DNA from: a virus
Lineage: Duplodnaviria > Caudoviricetes
Strand: one strand, 5' to 3'
DNA: 64,000 nucleotides
Virus record (IMG/VR): IMGVR_UViG_3300020577_014401
Span: 1-64,000 of that record
The notes under the pieces are model-generated. The model was given only the letters and a program-made list of their open reading frames with translations, made no database searches and was not told where the DNA came from. This document shows positions 29,661-39,431 of this stretch, piece after piece. Every line of letters starts with the position of its first letter. The stretch's first letter is position 1. Both the position numbers and the translations under genes were made by a program.

Positions 29661-30085
29661 GACCGACGACCTCCGGATCGGGTTGCCACCGGGATCTTCG
29701 ATTGATGTGGGCCGTTCAGGTTCGACTGGCCCTTGAAGAAGTTGCGGCTTGCCGGGCCGTGGCCTCGGTCCCCGGCTTGAAACCCAATGACGCGGCCGAC
29801 TTGCTTGAACGCGCTGATGAGCTGGAGATCGGCGGTCCGGGCTCTGCTTCGAAACTGCTCAATGAAGAGGCGGCCCGCAAGCTGTACAAGGAACGCACCG
29901 GCATCGATGTCACCAACCCCGAAGACATGGCGAGGGTGTACGCGTCCCTGGACAAGATGCACAAGCAACGGCTGCAGCAACAGGCCGAGGCCGAGAAGGC
30001 TTCCAGGGCGGCCAAAGCGAAGTCTCGCGGCAAGGCTGTCAAATCGAGTAAGATCGGACCGCCGTTGAAGCAAAAGAGGCGGTAA
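29537..30085 (+). CDS. second chaperone ORF (gpT-like), overlapping in the -1 frame
   Basis: Overlaps the end of the chaperone in the -1 frame; its stop overlaps the tape measure ATG (TAATG). Confidence 0.5.
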   Translation: MEGVLLVGPAADRGRVEPVFLGSNPVVWSIAKLADHGDAELRPTTSGSGCHRDLRLMWAVQVRLALEEVAACRAVASVPGLKPNDAADLLERADELEIGGPGSASKLLNEEAARKLYKERTGIDVTNPEDMARVYASLDKMHKQRLQQQAEAEKASRAAKAKSRGKAVKSSKIGPPLKQKRR

Positions 30086-32604
30086 TGGCCGACCCGTACT
30101 TTTCCCAGTTCAACACCTCCAACTACTACGGGAGCAGTCCGCCCCCGCGGGGACCTTCGTTTTTCGGCCTTGGTTCGGGGACGCCAGGTCAGCCGTCCAG
30201 CTCGGTCGAAGGAATTCTGCAAGCTGTCGGGCCGATGATCGCGGAGATGTTCCGCGACCAGTTCGGCGGGTATTCGTTCATGTTCGGTTCCGACATGAAC
30301 GCCGCATCGTCCCGGATGGCCAACCAGTTCATGAAGGAACTGGGGGCCTCGCGGCAGCAGGGCGCTCAGGCCGATCAGGAACAGGTCAAGCAGCTGTTCC
30401 GCGGCTTGGCGGTCGCCATCGGCAACAAGTTCGAACGCGACCCGGCTACCGGCAAAATGGACCTGGCCCCGAACGTCCGCGATTCGATCGACGTGCTCTC
30501 CCGCGACGCCGGGATGATGCTGCCGATTCTCGCATCGGCGTTCCCGGACACTCTGGACAGGGTGCTGCCTCGCGGGTCGATGGCGGTCGCGGCCACCAGT
30601 TTCACCAACGCCGGTCGTTTCTTGATCGACCCGGCCACCGGTCTGCCGGCGTCCCGGGACGCCGGCATGGCGGCGAGGGTTCTCGAGCCGCTGACCAAGG
30701 GGGACCCCCAGCTCACGTACGGGCTCGGGGCGGGTCGGCTCGGCCAAATCTACGAGGAATTGGTCTCCCGGGGCATGGTCGGCTCGGGCCGCGATCTTCG
30801 TGATCAGGTCCAACTTCGAGACAGCACCGGAATGGGTGGGCTGAGCGGCGATGAAGCCCGCGCCATCCAAGCCGACCGGATCCGCCAAGTGGTGACCGGT
30901 TACTCGAGGGCGGTGTCGGCGATCAACGACATCTTCTCCGAGAATGGCCGGTCGAACGCCCCGATGCCGGAACTGATCCGCTCATTGGAAGCCCTGACCC
31001 AGGGTGGCATGAGCATTTACAGCGACGGCCGACTTGGTGAGATCGCCCGCACTTTGCAGGCGGCGTCCCAGTCGTCCGGCATCGGGCTCGAGGGATTGTC
31101 CCAATTGGCGGCGTTCGGCGACGCCACGTCGCAGCGGTTCGGCGGAGCCCGGGGCCTCGGAGCTCCGCTCGCCATCAAGGCGGCCGCTTACGGGATGGTC
31201 TTCGCGGATCGGGACTTTGGTAAGACTCTTGGCCCGGACGCGATGAACCGCAATGAGTTCATCGAGTCGATCGTCGCAACCAAGGCCAGGTTTTCCGGTT
31301 CTCCTGTCGGCAACGCCCTCGGCGCCATCTCGGCGTTGGGCCGCCAGGCACCCGCTGGTTCGGAATTCGCCCAACTGGCCGAAGCGGTCCGTCGCGGCGA
31401 GACCCGCGTTGAGATCGGCGGCAAGACGATCGATCTGGCTTCGGACCTGTCGCAGGTGAACGAGATCGCCCGTCGCTCCGGGCTGGGGGACGCGTACCTC
31501 AGCCAGCTGATGGCGACGACGATGAACAAGGCTGAGTTCACCAACGTGCCGGGGTTGTCGGCCGCCGGTGACACTCTTCAACGTCAGCAGTACGAGAACC
31601 AATTCCTCAACTTCTTGGGGGCCGATTTCGCCGGGATCGACCAAGGCAAGCTGCTCAAGGCCGTTTACGACGCTTCAAACATGGAACTCAAGTTCGGCGA
31701 CGCCGACGCGGCCAAGATCGCCGGGGACCGGCTCAACTTGAACGCGTCGCAACGGTCTCGGCTGGCGCAAGGAATGTCCCTGATCGGCCAGGCGACCGGA
31801 TTCGGGGACCGGGCCGGTTACAACGCATTCCGAAGGTTCAACCCGGAGAATCGGGCCGACGCCGAAAAGTTTGAATCGTTCCTGAAAAGCAGTGGGCTGA
31901 AACAGGAACAACTGTCCGGGCTCATGCGCGGCGGCTGGATGCGCAACATCTCGACAATGTTCATCCAAGCCGGCGCCAAGGGGGAGATGGGCCCGAACAT
32001 CATCTACGACATTCTCCGTTCCGCCGGCATGGTGACGAATGAAGAAGTCGCCAGAGCTCTCGGCCAAGACGATGTGGACATCGTCGGCAGCCTCGCCGGG
32101 TTCCTCGGGAATGCTTCTCTGGCTGGCCGGACTTCAAGGAACGCGTCGGTCATGGGTGGGCCTCTGGCGGTCGGTGTCGATCTGCCGGGAGCAATGCAAA
32201 AGTCCGAACGGACCAGTTTGCTGCAAGGGCTCGACCAATCGATTCAGTCCACTCAACAGAAGCCTGAGACGCCCAGTCTGTTGCAGGGACTCAGCCAAGC
32301 AATCCAGTCCACTCAACAGAAGCCTGAGACGCCCAGTCTGTTGCAGGGACTCAGTCAATCGATCCAGTCCGTTCAGCGGAAGAAGAACCCATTCCGAGAG
32401 GGAATTGAAGCCGATAAACTTGGCAATGAGGGCGGTGCCGGCATGACTGGGGCCCTCCTCGAAGTCGGCAAGCGGGTGGCTAAGATCGCGGGCGGCAAGG
32501 TTTCAAGTAATCAGAGTGGCCCTCTTCAGATCAGCATCGCCAAGCTGATCGTCAGCAGAGATGGAAGCGCTTCGCTGCAGAGCGAAGGATCTGCCAAGCC
32601 TTGA
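30085..32604 (+). CDS. tape measure protein (839 aa)
   Basis: Ala/Gly/Met-rich helical protein following the chaperones. Confidence 0.7.
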   Translation: MADPYFSQFNTSNYYGSSPPPRGPSFFGLGSGTPGQPSSSVEGILQAVGPMIAEMFRDQFGGYSFMFGSDMNAASSRMANQFMKELGASRQQGAQADQEQVKQLFRGLAVAIGNKFERDPATGKMDLAPNVRDSIDVLSRDAGMMLPILASAFPDTLDRVLPRGSMAVAATSFTNAGRFLIDPATGLPASRDAGMAARVLEPLTKGDPQLTYGLGAGRLGQIYEELVSRGMVGSGRDLRDQVQLRDSTGMGGLSGDEARAIQADRIRQVVTGYSRAVSAINDIFSENGRSNAPMPELIRSLEALTQGGMSIYSDGRLGEIARTLQAASQSSGIGLEGLSQLAAFGDATSQRFGGARGLGAPLAIKAAAYGMVFADRDFGKTLGPDAMNRNEFIESIVATKARFSGSPVGNALGAISALGRQAPAGSEFAQLAEAVRRGETRVEIGGKTIDLASDLSQVNEIARRSGLGDAYLSQLMATTMNKAEFTNVPGLSAAGDTLQRQQYENQFLNFLGADFAGIDQGKLLKAVYDASNMELKFGDADAAKIAGDRLNLNASQRSRLAQGMSLIGQATGFGDRAGYNAFRRFNPENRADAEKFESFLKSSGLKQEQLSGLMRGGWMRNISTMFIQAGAKGEMGPNIIYDILRSAGMVTNEEVARALGQDDVDIVGSLAGFLGNASLAGRTSRNASVMGGPLAVGVDLPGAMQKSERTSLLQGLDQSIQSTQQKPETPSLLQGLSQAIQSTQQKPETPSLLQGLSQSIQSVQRKKNPFREGIEADKLGNEGGAGMTGALLEVGKRVAKIAGGKVSSNQSGPLQISIAKLIVSRDGSASLQSEGSAKP
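32213..32382 (+). repeat. ~2.8 x 60-bp tandem repeat (SLLQGLSQAIQSTQQKPETP)
   Basis: Near-identical DNA units within the tape measure C-terminus. Confidence 0.9.
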
Positions 32605-32655
32605 AAGGAACCGACCATTTATCTCTTCTCCAGCGAACCCGGTGTCGTCGGTGCC

Positions 32656-33183
32656 ATGGTGACGGGCGGCGCCATGCCGTTCGCCATTTTCATCGGCGGT
32701 AACGACGCAGTGCCGGCGTTCCCGGCCCCGTGGCTGTCCAAGGCGATCCTGACCGGGTACCGGGTCGCCAAGAAAGCCGGATTGGGGCTGAGCCACACAT
32801 TGATGGAGCGGATCTACGCGCACATCTTCGGGGAGAAGGCCGGCGTCGCCATGGTCACCGGACTCGGATTCGCCGGGATGTGCAACACCCGAGGCGGGTA
32901 CGTCGGCTTCGATGCAGTCCATGCCTACTTTGACGATGTGAACGCTTCAAACCAAGGGGCACCGGTCACACTGATCTTTGGACCGAGGACATCCATTTCC
33001 GGCATGATGACCGAGTTGGAATTCTCGGTCGACGATCCGTCCACCGGACTGGGCTCGTTCTCCTTCCAATTCCGGACGTTCCCTCGATCGAAACGGGCCT
33101 TGCCGTTCCTCAGCCTGTTGATCGACGACCAGATCCCGGAGATTCCTCCGGCTGAAGGTGATGCCGAATTGGTCGGGGGGTGA
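32656..33183 (+). CDS. tail/baseplate initiator-like protein (start may be ATT 32617)
   Basis: Synteny after tape measure; tube-like motif HIFGEK. Confidence 0.55.
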   Translation: MVTGGAMPFAIFIGGNDAVPAFPAPWLSKAILTGYRVAKKAGLGLSHTLMERIYAHIFGEKAGVAMVTGLGFAGMCNTRGGYVGFDAVHAYFDDVNASNQGAPVTLIFGPRTSISGMMTELEFSVDDPSTGLGSFSFQFRTFPRSKRALPFLSLLIDDQIPEIPPAEGDAELVGG

Positions 33184-33686
33184 TGGAAATGGTCAACCAC
33201 GTTCGCACACTGCTGCTGAATTCGCCGAGCGCCAGCCCGCCTTACGCCGCCGGCGAAGAATACGTACCGATGGACTTCGTGCCGGCGGTTTTGCCGCAGT
33301 ACCTCCAAGACGTCCGATCGACGCTGTTCGGAGAGAACGCCGACCGGGCCTCTCTCAACTTGCAATTGGCCAGGTTGCTGTCGTGCCTGCATGCGTCTCC
33401 GCTCATGGACGATTTGACCGCGGATGACCCGAGGATCTCTTACAATCCGACCGAACCGGCTTACGACGCCGATCCTGAAGCGACTTCCCACAACATGTTC
33501 AGTGTCGCTTCGGCGGAGGGGGCGGATTTGAGCGGCGTCTTCAGGCGCGGAAGGTCGGCCGCGGAAACACGTTGGACGGACTGGTGGTTGGACTCGTCGG
33601 CGCCGGCGACACTTCGTGTCGGCGCTCTGGCTCTCGCCCTGGCGTCCAGGACGAAAGATGTCATCGACGGCACTTACGACGGATGA
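33180..33686 (+). CDS. hypothetical baseplate-region protein
   Basis: Coupled to upstream gene (GTGA); MVNHVRTLLLN. Confidence 0.6.
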   Translation: MMEMVNHVRTLLLNSPSASPPYAAGEEYVPMDFVPAVLPQYLQDVRSTLFGENADRASLNLQLARLLSCLHASPLMDDLTADDPRISYNPTEPAYDADPEATSHNMFSVASAEGADLSGVFRRGRSAAETRWTDWWLDSSAPATLRVGALALALASRTKDVIDGTYDG

Positions 33687-33689
33687 TTC

Positions 33690-35930
33690 ATGGCCAGCGA
33701 ATGGTTCCGGGCGGTTCGAGTCAAGACATTCATCGGCATCCCGAGGAACGACCCGGGGCCGAGCGAGGGCACGTACGGATTGCCCGGCCTGGACCGGGTA
33801 CTCGACGAGGCCGGAGTCCTGTCGCAACTGAAGCCGCTGCTCGACCTCCACACGATTCCGGAACCGCTCCACGTTTCGTTGCGGGATCAAGGGTACAGCA
33901 ATCGGTTCGACACCCCGGAAATCCTGGTGATCGACGCGATGGCCGTGCAGACCGACGGCGGTCTGAATGAGATCCCTCGGGCGACGTGCATGGTGCCGAT
34001 CGGACGAGCGATCTCCGACCACGACGACAAACGTCCGTCGGTGCTCGCCGGAGACTCGGACGCCGATTCTGCGTCGATTCTTCAGGTCATTGAGAAGTAC
34101 CTGACCCGTCATGTCCCGGCGAAGATCTTCATCATTCCAAAGACGGTGTCCGCGGCCGGCGAAGGGGATCGTGCCGATAACATCGATTGGGCTGACGAGC
34201 CGATGGTGCTGTTCGACGGCATCGTGACCGGACCGAGCCACCAAGCCTCCGCTGAATCGAATCAGGGAGCCGCCGTTCTCCATCTTCTGCACTTCCTCGG
34301 CGGCCTGACATTCTCGTCGTCGCTGTCGGGACAGGTTTCGGCCGGCGGCACTTTGCCGGTCACCTACCAGATCGGAGTCTTCCCGAACGCCACGACCGGG
34401 GCTACGACGTCGTTCACCATATTCGGGGCCATCGCCGCGACGCTTGCGGGCGGGGAGGCCCTCTCCACTGACTTCTGGGGGTACCAGTTGCCGTCCCGGA
34501 CGAGGCCCGACGCCGACCCGACTCGGCCTCCTGTCACAGTCCCGGCGAGCACGGGCCTGAAAGGGATGCTCTGGCAGTTGGCGGACACGCCGTTGTTCAA
34601 CTGGCAAGTCGTCGGGACCTCGGATTTCGGAGGTTCGTTTTGCGGCGACAAACCGCCCAATTCCCTCAAGAACAACGGGGCCCTCGGCGCTCTCGGTCGA
34701 ATCGAGCCCCTGTGGCCGGAGTGGGGCAATCTCAATGTCGGCCCCGGAGGCGGGGTCAACGCCGGACCAGTTGTCGCCGGGGCTCTTTGGTCGTCGATGA
34801 AATCGGCGATTGAAGACGCAGCCGTTGTCGATTCGAACGCCGTCGATCGAAACGACATCATCACGAGAATGGACAACAACTTCTACTCGGTCGGCTACCG
34901 ATACGGTGTGCCGATCTCGTTCTATTTGTCCGGCGGCAACCAGCCTGTGAACGCGGCGACGACCGAGCAGGGCCGGGCATTCGCGTCCGACATCACCGGA
35001 GCTTCGTTCGAAACACTCAACTCGTCCTCGTTCTGGGAACTCTTGACCGGCCAGTACGCCGGTCGATACCAGATCGGCGTGATGCCGATGGCCGACCGGG
35101 CCGTCATCATTCCGCTCGCCCCTGTGCTGGAGGGGGCCTGGCAGTTCATCCGCGGCAGTGAGATCTTCACTTGGTCGGACGACATCCAGCTCCCCGTTCC
35201 CGTTCGCGGAGTGATGCTGGCTTCGAGCCGGATGAGCGGAACCGGAGTGTTGGTCGCCGGATTCAAACCGTTCGAAGCCGGCTACGACTCGTGTCAACAA
35301 GGCGTGTTCGTGACCAAGGAGATGCCGCCTTGGTTGCTGAGCACCCGATCGGCGCCGGCGACGACATCCGGGGACACCGTGCAGTTCGGTCCCAAGAATG
35401 TGGTGGGGGCACCGTGGGCAATGGGGCCGGCGTCGGCCGCCATCCTCGGCGGTGCGGCCGCGTCGTTGAAAATCGGAAACCCCGGGCCGGAAGAGAAGTC
35501 GACGGCCGCCCGGCTCGCCAAGTCCATGTGGCAGCAGGAGCGACTGAGGTACCGATCGATCTACGTGACCGGTCGGTTCAGGGTCGACATCGCCCCCGGT
35601 TCGACGGTAATCGCGGATCTGCCGATGGACAAGCACACCCGGCAGGCTCTTGGTCCGAACGGGCCACTCGGGTCCATCGCCGACCAAACGGTCCAGGGTC
35701 TGGTGCTCCGCGTCACGCACTCCATCGATGAGGAGGGCGAGTCCATGTCGACCTCCTTCCAAATCGGGTTCCCTCGGTTGGAGTCCGAGACCGCTCCCGG
35801 TCAACCGCTGCACGCCAACATTCATCCGTACTGGCGAACCGCTTGCTTCGGAGCGCCGTGGTGCGACTCGACATGGATTCGGGAACGGTTGGGGGCCGCG
35901 GCCAGCCTGGCTGAACTTGATCTCTTCTGA
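33690..35930 (+). CDS. baseplate hub protein (746 aa)
   Basis: VTGRFRVDIAPGSTV...GLVLRVTHSID C-terminal hub/late-control D pattern. Confidence 0.6.
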   Translation: MASEWFRAVRVKTFIGIPRNDPGPSEGTYGLPGLDRVLDEAGVLSQLKPLLDLHTIPEPLHVSLRDQGYSNRFDTPEILVIDAMAVQTDGGLNEIPRATCMVPIGRAISDHDDKRPSVLAGDSDADSASILQVIEKYLTRHVPAKIFIIPKTVSAAGEGDRADNIDWADEPMVLFDGIVTGPSHQASAESNQGAAVLHLLHFLGGLTFSSSLSGQVSAGGTLPVTYQIGVFPNATTGATTSFTIFGAIAATLAGGEALSTDFWGYQLPSRTRPDADPTRPPVTVPASTGLKGMLWQLADTPLFNWQVVGTSDFGGSFCGDKPPNSLKNNGALGALGRIEPLWPEWGNLNVGPGGGVNAGPVVAGALWSSMKSAIEDAAVVDSNAVDRNDIITRMDNNFYSVGYRYGVPISFYLSGGNQPVNAATTEQGRAFASDITGASFETLNSSSFWELLTGQYAGRYQIGVMPMADRAVIIPLAPVLEGAWQFIRGSEIFTWSDDIQLPVPVRGVMLASSRMSGTGVLVAGFKPFEAGYDSCQQGVFVTKEMPPWLLSTRSAPATTSGDTVQFGPKNVVGAPWAMGPASAAILGGAAASLKIGNPGPEEKSTAARLAKSMWQQERLRYRSIYVTGRFRVDIAPGSTVIADLPMDKHTRQALGPNGPLGSIADQTVQGLVLRVTHSIDEEGESMSTSFQIGFPRLESETAPGQPLHANIHPYWRTACFGAPWCDSTWIRERLGAAASLAELDLF

Positions 35931-35960
35931 AAACCGACGAAACAGGTTAGACTCGTCGTC

Positions 35961-36776
35961 ATGCCATCGGCGTCCTCGACCACCTACCCGTTCAACCCCT
36001 CCGGGACGACTCCGGCCGCCCCCGAGGTCGATCCGTGGAAATCTCCGGGTCAGGGGCAGACCCTGCTGGAGGACAAGTACGCCGAGCCGTATCAGGCCTA
36101 CAAACAGAACCCGAGCCTGGAAACGTCCGGTCCGCTCCTGAAGGCCATCGAACCCATCATCAACGAATCGTTGAGGTCGTACGCCGGTACCGAAGCGCAG
36201 ACCGGGACCGCGCGGGCGAGGGCCAAGGTGCTCGCCCTCGATGCGATCAACAGGTACGATCCTCAACGAGCCAAGCTGAGGACGCACCTCCTCAGCCATC
36301 TTCGAGGGCTCCGCCGCGTCACGGAGCGATCGACGGCCGGAGTGTACGTCCCCGAGCAGTGGAGGATCGATTCGCGAAGGGTCGATGCCGCTCTCAACGA
36401 TGCGAGAGACGAGCTGGGCAGGGAGCCGTCCGACGCCGAGTTGGCCGAACGGGCCGGCATCTCGATCGAACGGATTCGGAAGGCCAGGCAGGTGCCCGGC
36501 GTGTTGTCCGGCAGCCAGTTCGAAGGCGCGATCGAAATGTCGAACCCGAGTGAGAAAGCTTGGAACTCGTGGGTGGAAGGCATCTATCACGACTCCGACC
36601 CCAAGGACCAGGTGATCCTCGAATACTCGTTGGGCTTGCACGGGAAGCCGGTGCTTCAGGCCAACGAAGTGGCCGCCATGCTGAAGTTGTCGCCCGGGGC
36701 GGTTTCGCAACGAAAAGCCAGACTGCAGAACGCTCTGGATGAGTTCGAGCTGTTCATGAGGGGTCGAGGCCGATGA
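35961..36776 (+). CDS. sigma-70 family RNA polymerase sigma factor (FliA/WhiG-like)
   Basis: AINRYDPQRAKLRTH (region 2), LGREPSDAELAE (region 3), EVAAMLKLSPGAVSQRK (region 4). Confidence 0.85.
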   Translation: MPSASSTTYPFNPSGTTPAAPEVDPWKSPGQGQTLLEDKYAEPYQAYKQNPSLETSGPLLKAIEPIINESLRSYAGTEAQTGTARARAKVLALDAINRYDPQRAKLRTHLLSHLRGLRRVTERSTAGVYVPEQWRIDSRRVDAALNDARDELGREPSDAELAERAGISIERIRKARQVPGVLSGSQFEGAIEMSNPSEKAWNSWVEGIYHDSDPKDQVILEYSLGLHGKPVLQANEVAAMLKLSPGAVSQRKARLQNALDEFELFMRGRGR

Positions 36777-36852
36777 TGCGAACCCGTCGGACGTTGTGGC
36801 GGCTACGCCGTCTCTGTACGATGAGCCAAGTCCTTCAAAGGAAACAACTTCG

Positions 36853-37347
36853 ATGCCGACTGACGCGTTCTATGTCCATCTCGACGCGGTGATCGAGCAG
36901 GCCCGCCTGCAAGGGGCGGCTGCGTGCGTCCCGGGCGCCGTCAAACGACCGTGGAACATTCCGGCAGCGGCCCCACTGGACGGGACTGACATCGAGTCGG
37001 CCTCTTTCGCCAAACGAGCCTGCGATCGCAACGATCTCAACTCCAAGGCCATCAGCGCTTACGAATCCGGGAAAGACCCGAACTCTGGGCGGCTCGGCCA
37101 GGTGATGGCGTACAAGAAAGCCATCGACTACCAGGCCGCATACGAACGGGCGTTCATCGCTCGACACGCATCCGCAGTCCGCCGACGGGTGTGGGCGATG
37201 GCCCGCCGAACCGGGCACGGAAGCAAGACTTACGGTGTGTTCGGAGCTGTTCGAAACGAGCTCGACGCATTCATCGGCGAAGCTCAATCGGTCGACAACG
37301 CGCCGCGCGGATCGTTGGCCAGCGACCACCTCATCGGGCTTTCGTAA
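36853..37347 (+). CDS. hypothetical protein
   Basis: AAAGGA SD; TAATG coupling to next gene. Confidence 0.6.
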   Translation: MPTDAFYVHLDAVIEQARLQGAAACVPGAVKRPWNIPAAAPLDGTDIESASFAKRACDRNDLNSKAISAYESGKDPNSGRLGQVMAYKKAIDYQAAYERAFIARHASAVRRRVWAMARRTGHGSKTYGVFGAVRNELDAFIGEAQSVDNAPRGSLASDHLIGLS

Positions 37348-37787
37348 TGGCGACCCCGGCCCCGATCAATCCGTCGAAAAGCGACATCGCCCTGCTCGGC
37401 GATGGCAGCTTCACGTTCGACCCGGATTCGTTCGGGCCGTTCGGCGTCCGCGGTGCGGACAAGGTCGCGCAGCGATTCCTCTACGCTCTGTTCACTCCGG
37501 CAGGATCTGTCGCCGGCCGACCGAAAGACGGCACCGATTTTCTAAGGATGATCTCGTCGTTCGCGTCGGAATTCGATGTGTTCGCTGCATTTGCTTCATG
37601 CGAGCCGAAAGCCGTGACGACGGTGAAATCGTACGAATCGACCACCGACCCGGCTGCTGACCGGATCGACGGAGCCGCCTTGGCGGCGATGGAGCTCACG
37701 GCAGGTCTGTTGACGCTGACGTTCAAGGTCGCGACGATGGATGCCTCGCAACCGACCCAGGTCATCGACTACACGCTGGAAGCCTGA
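37347..37787 (+). CDS. baseplate wedge gp25/GPW-like protein
   Basis: GADKVAQRFLYALFTPAGS...GTDF; precedes baseplate J. Confidence 0.7.
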   Translation: MATPAPINPSKSDIALLGDGSFTFDPDSFGPFGVRGADKVAQRFLYALFTPAGSVAGRPKDGTDFLRMISSFASEFDVFAAFASCEPKAVTTVKSYESTTDPAADRIDGAALAAMELTAGLLTLTFKVATMDASQPTQVIDYTLEA

Positions 37788-39412
37788 TGCCGACCACCGC
37801 CGCCGATCTCGCCGGAGCGACCGACAGCCAGATCCTGGCTGCGCGGAACGCCCTCATCGCGTACCTCCAGGAACGGTGGCCGAACCTCGCCATTCGCGGT
37901 GGCCCGCTCGCCGATCTTGTCCTCGGACCATCCGGGAACGCGTTGGCGGCGGTCGATGTGATCGCCGCCGAAGCGGCGCTGTCGTACAACCCCGAAGAAG
38001 CGTTGGCCCAGGGGGGCTACAACTCGACCATCCTCGATTCCGTTCTCGCCGGGCGAGGTGTGCAGAGAACCCAAGCGGCGGCCGCTTCCGGGTCGGCGGG
38101 CATCCGCCTCACGAGTTCGACAACCCGGTCGTTCCCGGCCGGGTTCAAGTTCCAGACCGCCGACGGAGTCGAGTTCGCAACCAGTCAGTCGACCCGCCTC
38201 CTCGCACCCGGCTCGACCGCCGTGCTCGCCAACGATTACGTCTTGGTGGCGGACGCTGAAGGCGAGACGTTTCTGGCGGTGGTGGCGATCAGCTGCCGGA
38301 CGACCGGGTTGTCCGGGAATCGGGCCGCCGGGACGACGCTTGAAGCTGTCGACACGTTCGATTCGCTTGATTCCGCGTGGATCGCTGTCGACACGGCTGG
38401 CGGGTTGGACGAGGAGACCGACGCTGAGCTGCTCGCAAGACTGCCGGCCGCCTCGGCGCCCAGGACCGCGGCGTCGATCGCCGGTGCCGAAGGTCTGATC
38501 CGAGATGCGATCCCGGCCGCCTCCACTCTGTCATCGATCAAGTTCGGTGACCCGGAGATGGTCCGGGGGCGATCCGTTCTGTCGACTCAAACCCCCGGCC
38601 GATTCGACGTCCGGTTCCGCACCGAGTCGTCGCCGAGCCGGGAAGGCACGACAGTCGAAGCCGAGCTCATCAGCATCGACCCGGAAGACATCGGAACTTG
38701 GAGGTTCACGCTCACTCGGGATATCTCTCCGGGGCGATTCCTCGTTGAAAAGATCCTGAGAACCGACCAGGGTGTCACTGAAGCCGGCATCAACCCGACA
38801 GTGACCCCGGGGTTCGACCTGTCCGACATCGACGATCCGCCGGACATCCGGTCGGTCGCCGACGCGGCGCTCACGCGGTACGCCACCGCCCTTGTGACAT
38901 TTGCGGATCCTTCGACCTCCACGACCGGTTTGGAAGTGGGGGACATGAAGGATTACCAGGTGGTTTGCCGCCTGATCGCCGGGGTTGAAGACGGCCAGGC
39001 CGCGGTCGATGTCGCCGATGCGAAGGCCGCCGGCGGCGACTGCCTGGTCCGGACCGCGGTGCCGTGTCTGGTGTCGGTGACCGCCGCCGCCACACCGGCG
39101 GCGGGCGTGTCCGTCACCGTGGCGGAAGTGCGAGCGGCCGTGGCTCAGGCGATCAACTCGGCGGCGAAGATCGATAGCCGGCTATTGGCTTCGCAAGTCG
39201 CAGCCGAAGCGGCCGTGATCCTTCCGAAGGGAACAGCGTTGCTGCTTTCCAATTGGTCGGGTACCATCTATCCCAACGATGGCGATGATCCGGTGATGGC
39301 GACGGCCGACCAACTCGGACTGACGGTCGCCGACAACCTGCCAAGGAACATCAGCGCCGCCACGGTCGCTTACTACTGCGACCCGGAATCCGTCACTGCA
39401 TCCGTCTCGTGA
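37787..39412 (+). CDS. baseplate J-like protein
   Basis: RTQAAAASG...FPAGFKFQTADGVEF...GGLDEETDAELLAR. Confidence 0.85.
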   Translation: MPTTAADLAGATDSQILAARNALIAYLQERWPNLAIRGGPLADLVLGPSGNALAAVDVIAAEAALSYNPEEALAQGGYNSTILDSVLAGRGVQRTQAAAASGSAGIRLTSSTTRSFPAGFKFQTADGVEFATSQSTRLLAPGSTAVLANDYVLVADAEGETFLAVVAISCRTTGLSGNRAAGTTLEAVDTFDSLDSAWIAVDTAGGLDEETDAELLARLPAASAPRTAASIAGAEGLIRDAIPAASTLSSIKFGDPEMVRGRSVLSTQTPGRFDVRFRTESSPSREGTTVEAELISIDPEDIGTWRFTLTRDISPGRFLVEKILRTDQGVTEAGINPTVTPGFDLSDIDDPPDIRSVADAALTRYATALVTFADPSTSTTGLEVGDMKDYQVVCRLIAGVEDGQAAVDVADAKAAGGDCLVRTAVPCLVSVTAAATPAAGVSVTVAEVRAAVAQAINSAAKIDSRLLASQVAAEAAVILPKGTALLLSNWSGTIYPNDGDDPVMATADQLGLTVADNLPRNISAATVAYYCDPESVTASVS

Positions 39413-39431
39413 CACCACGGGGAACAACTTC

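Noticed and set aside
33684-33692. Several TGA stops followed by in-frame ORFs (1544, 32604, 33686, 40837), suggesting stop-codon reassignment
   Set aside because: Conserved genes (MCP, sheath, terL, AAA+) are full length in code 11 and end properly at TGA; the downstream ORFs mostly have their own starts
32925-36710. 1261-aa minus-strand ORF; likewise 16087-18957, 22239-24947, 8243-10003 and plus-strand 61863-63326
   Set aside because: Antisense shadows of high-GC3 genes with no recognisable motifs; the opposite strand carries clear phage genes
22020-39412. Type VI secretion system or tailocin/eCIS interpretation of the sheath-tube-baseplate genes
   Set aside because: Capsid, protease, neck and terminase genes are present, so this is a complete phage morphogenesis set
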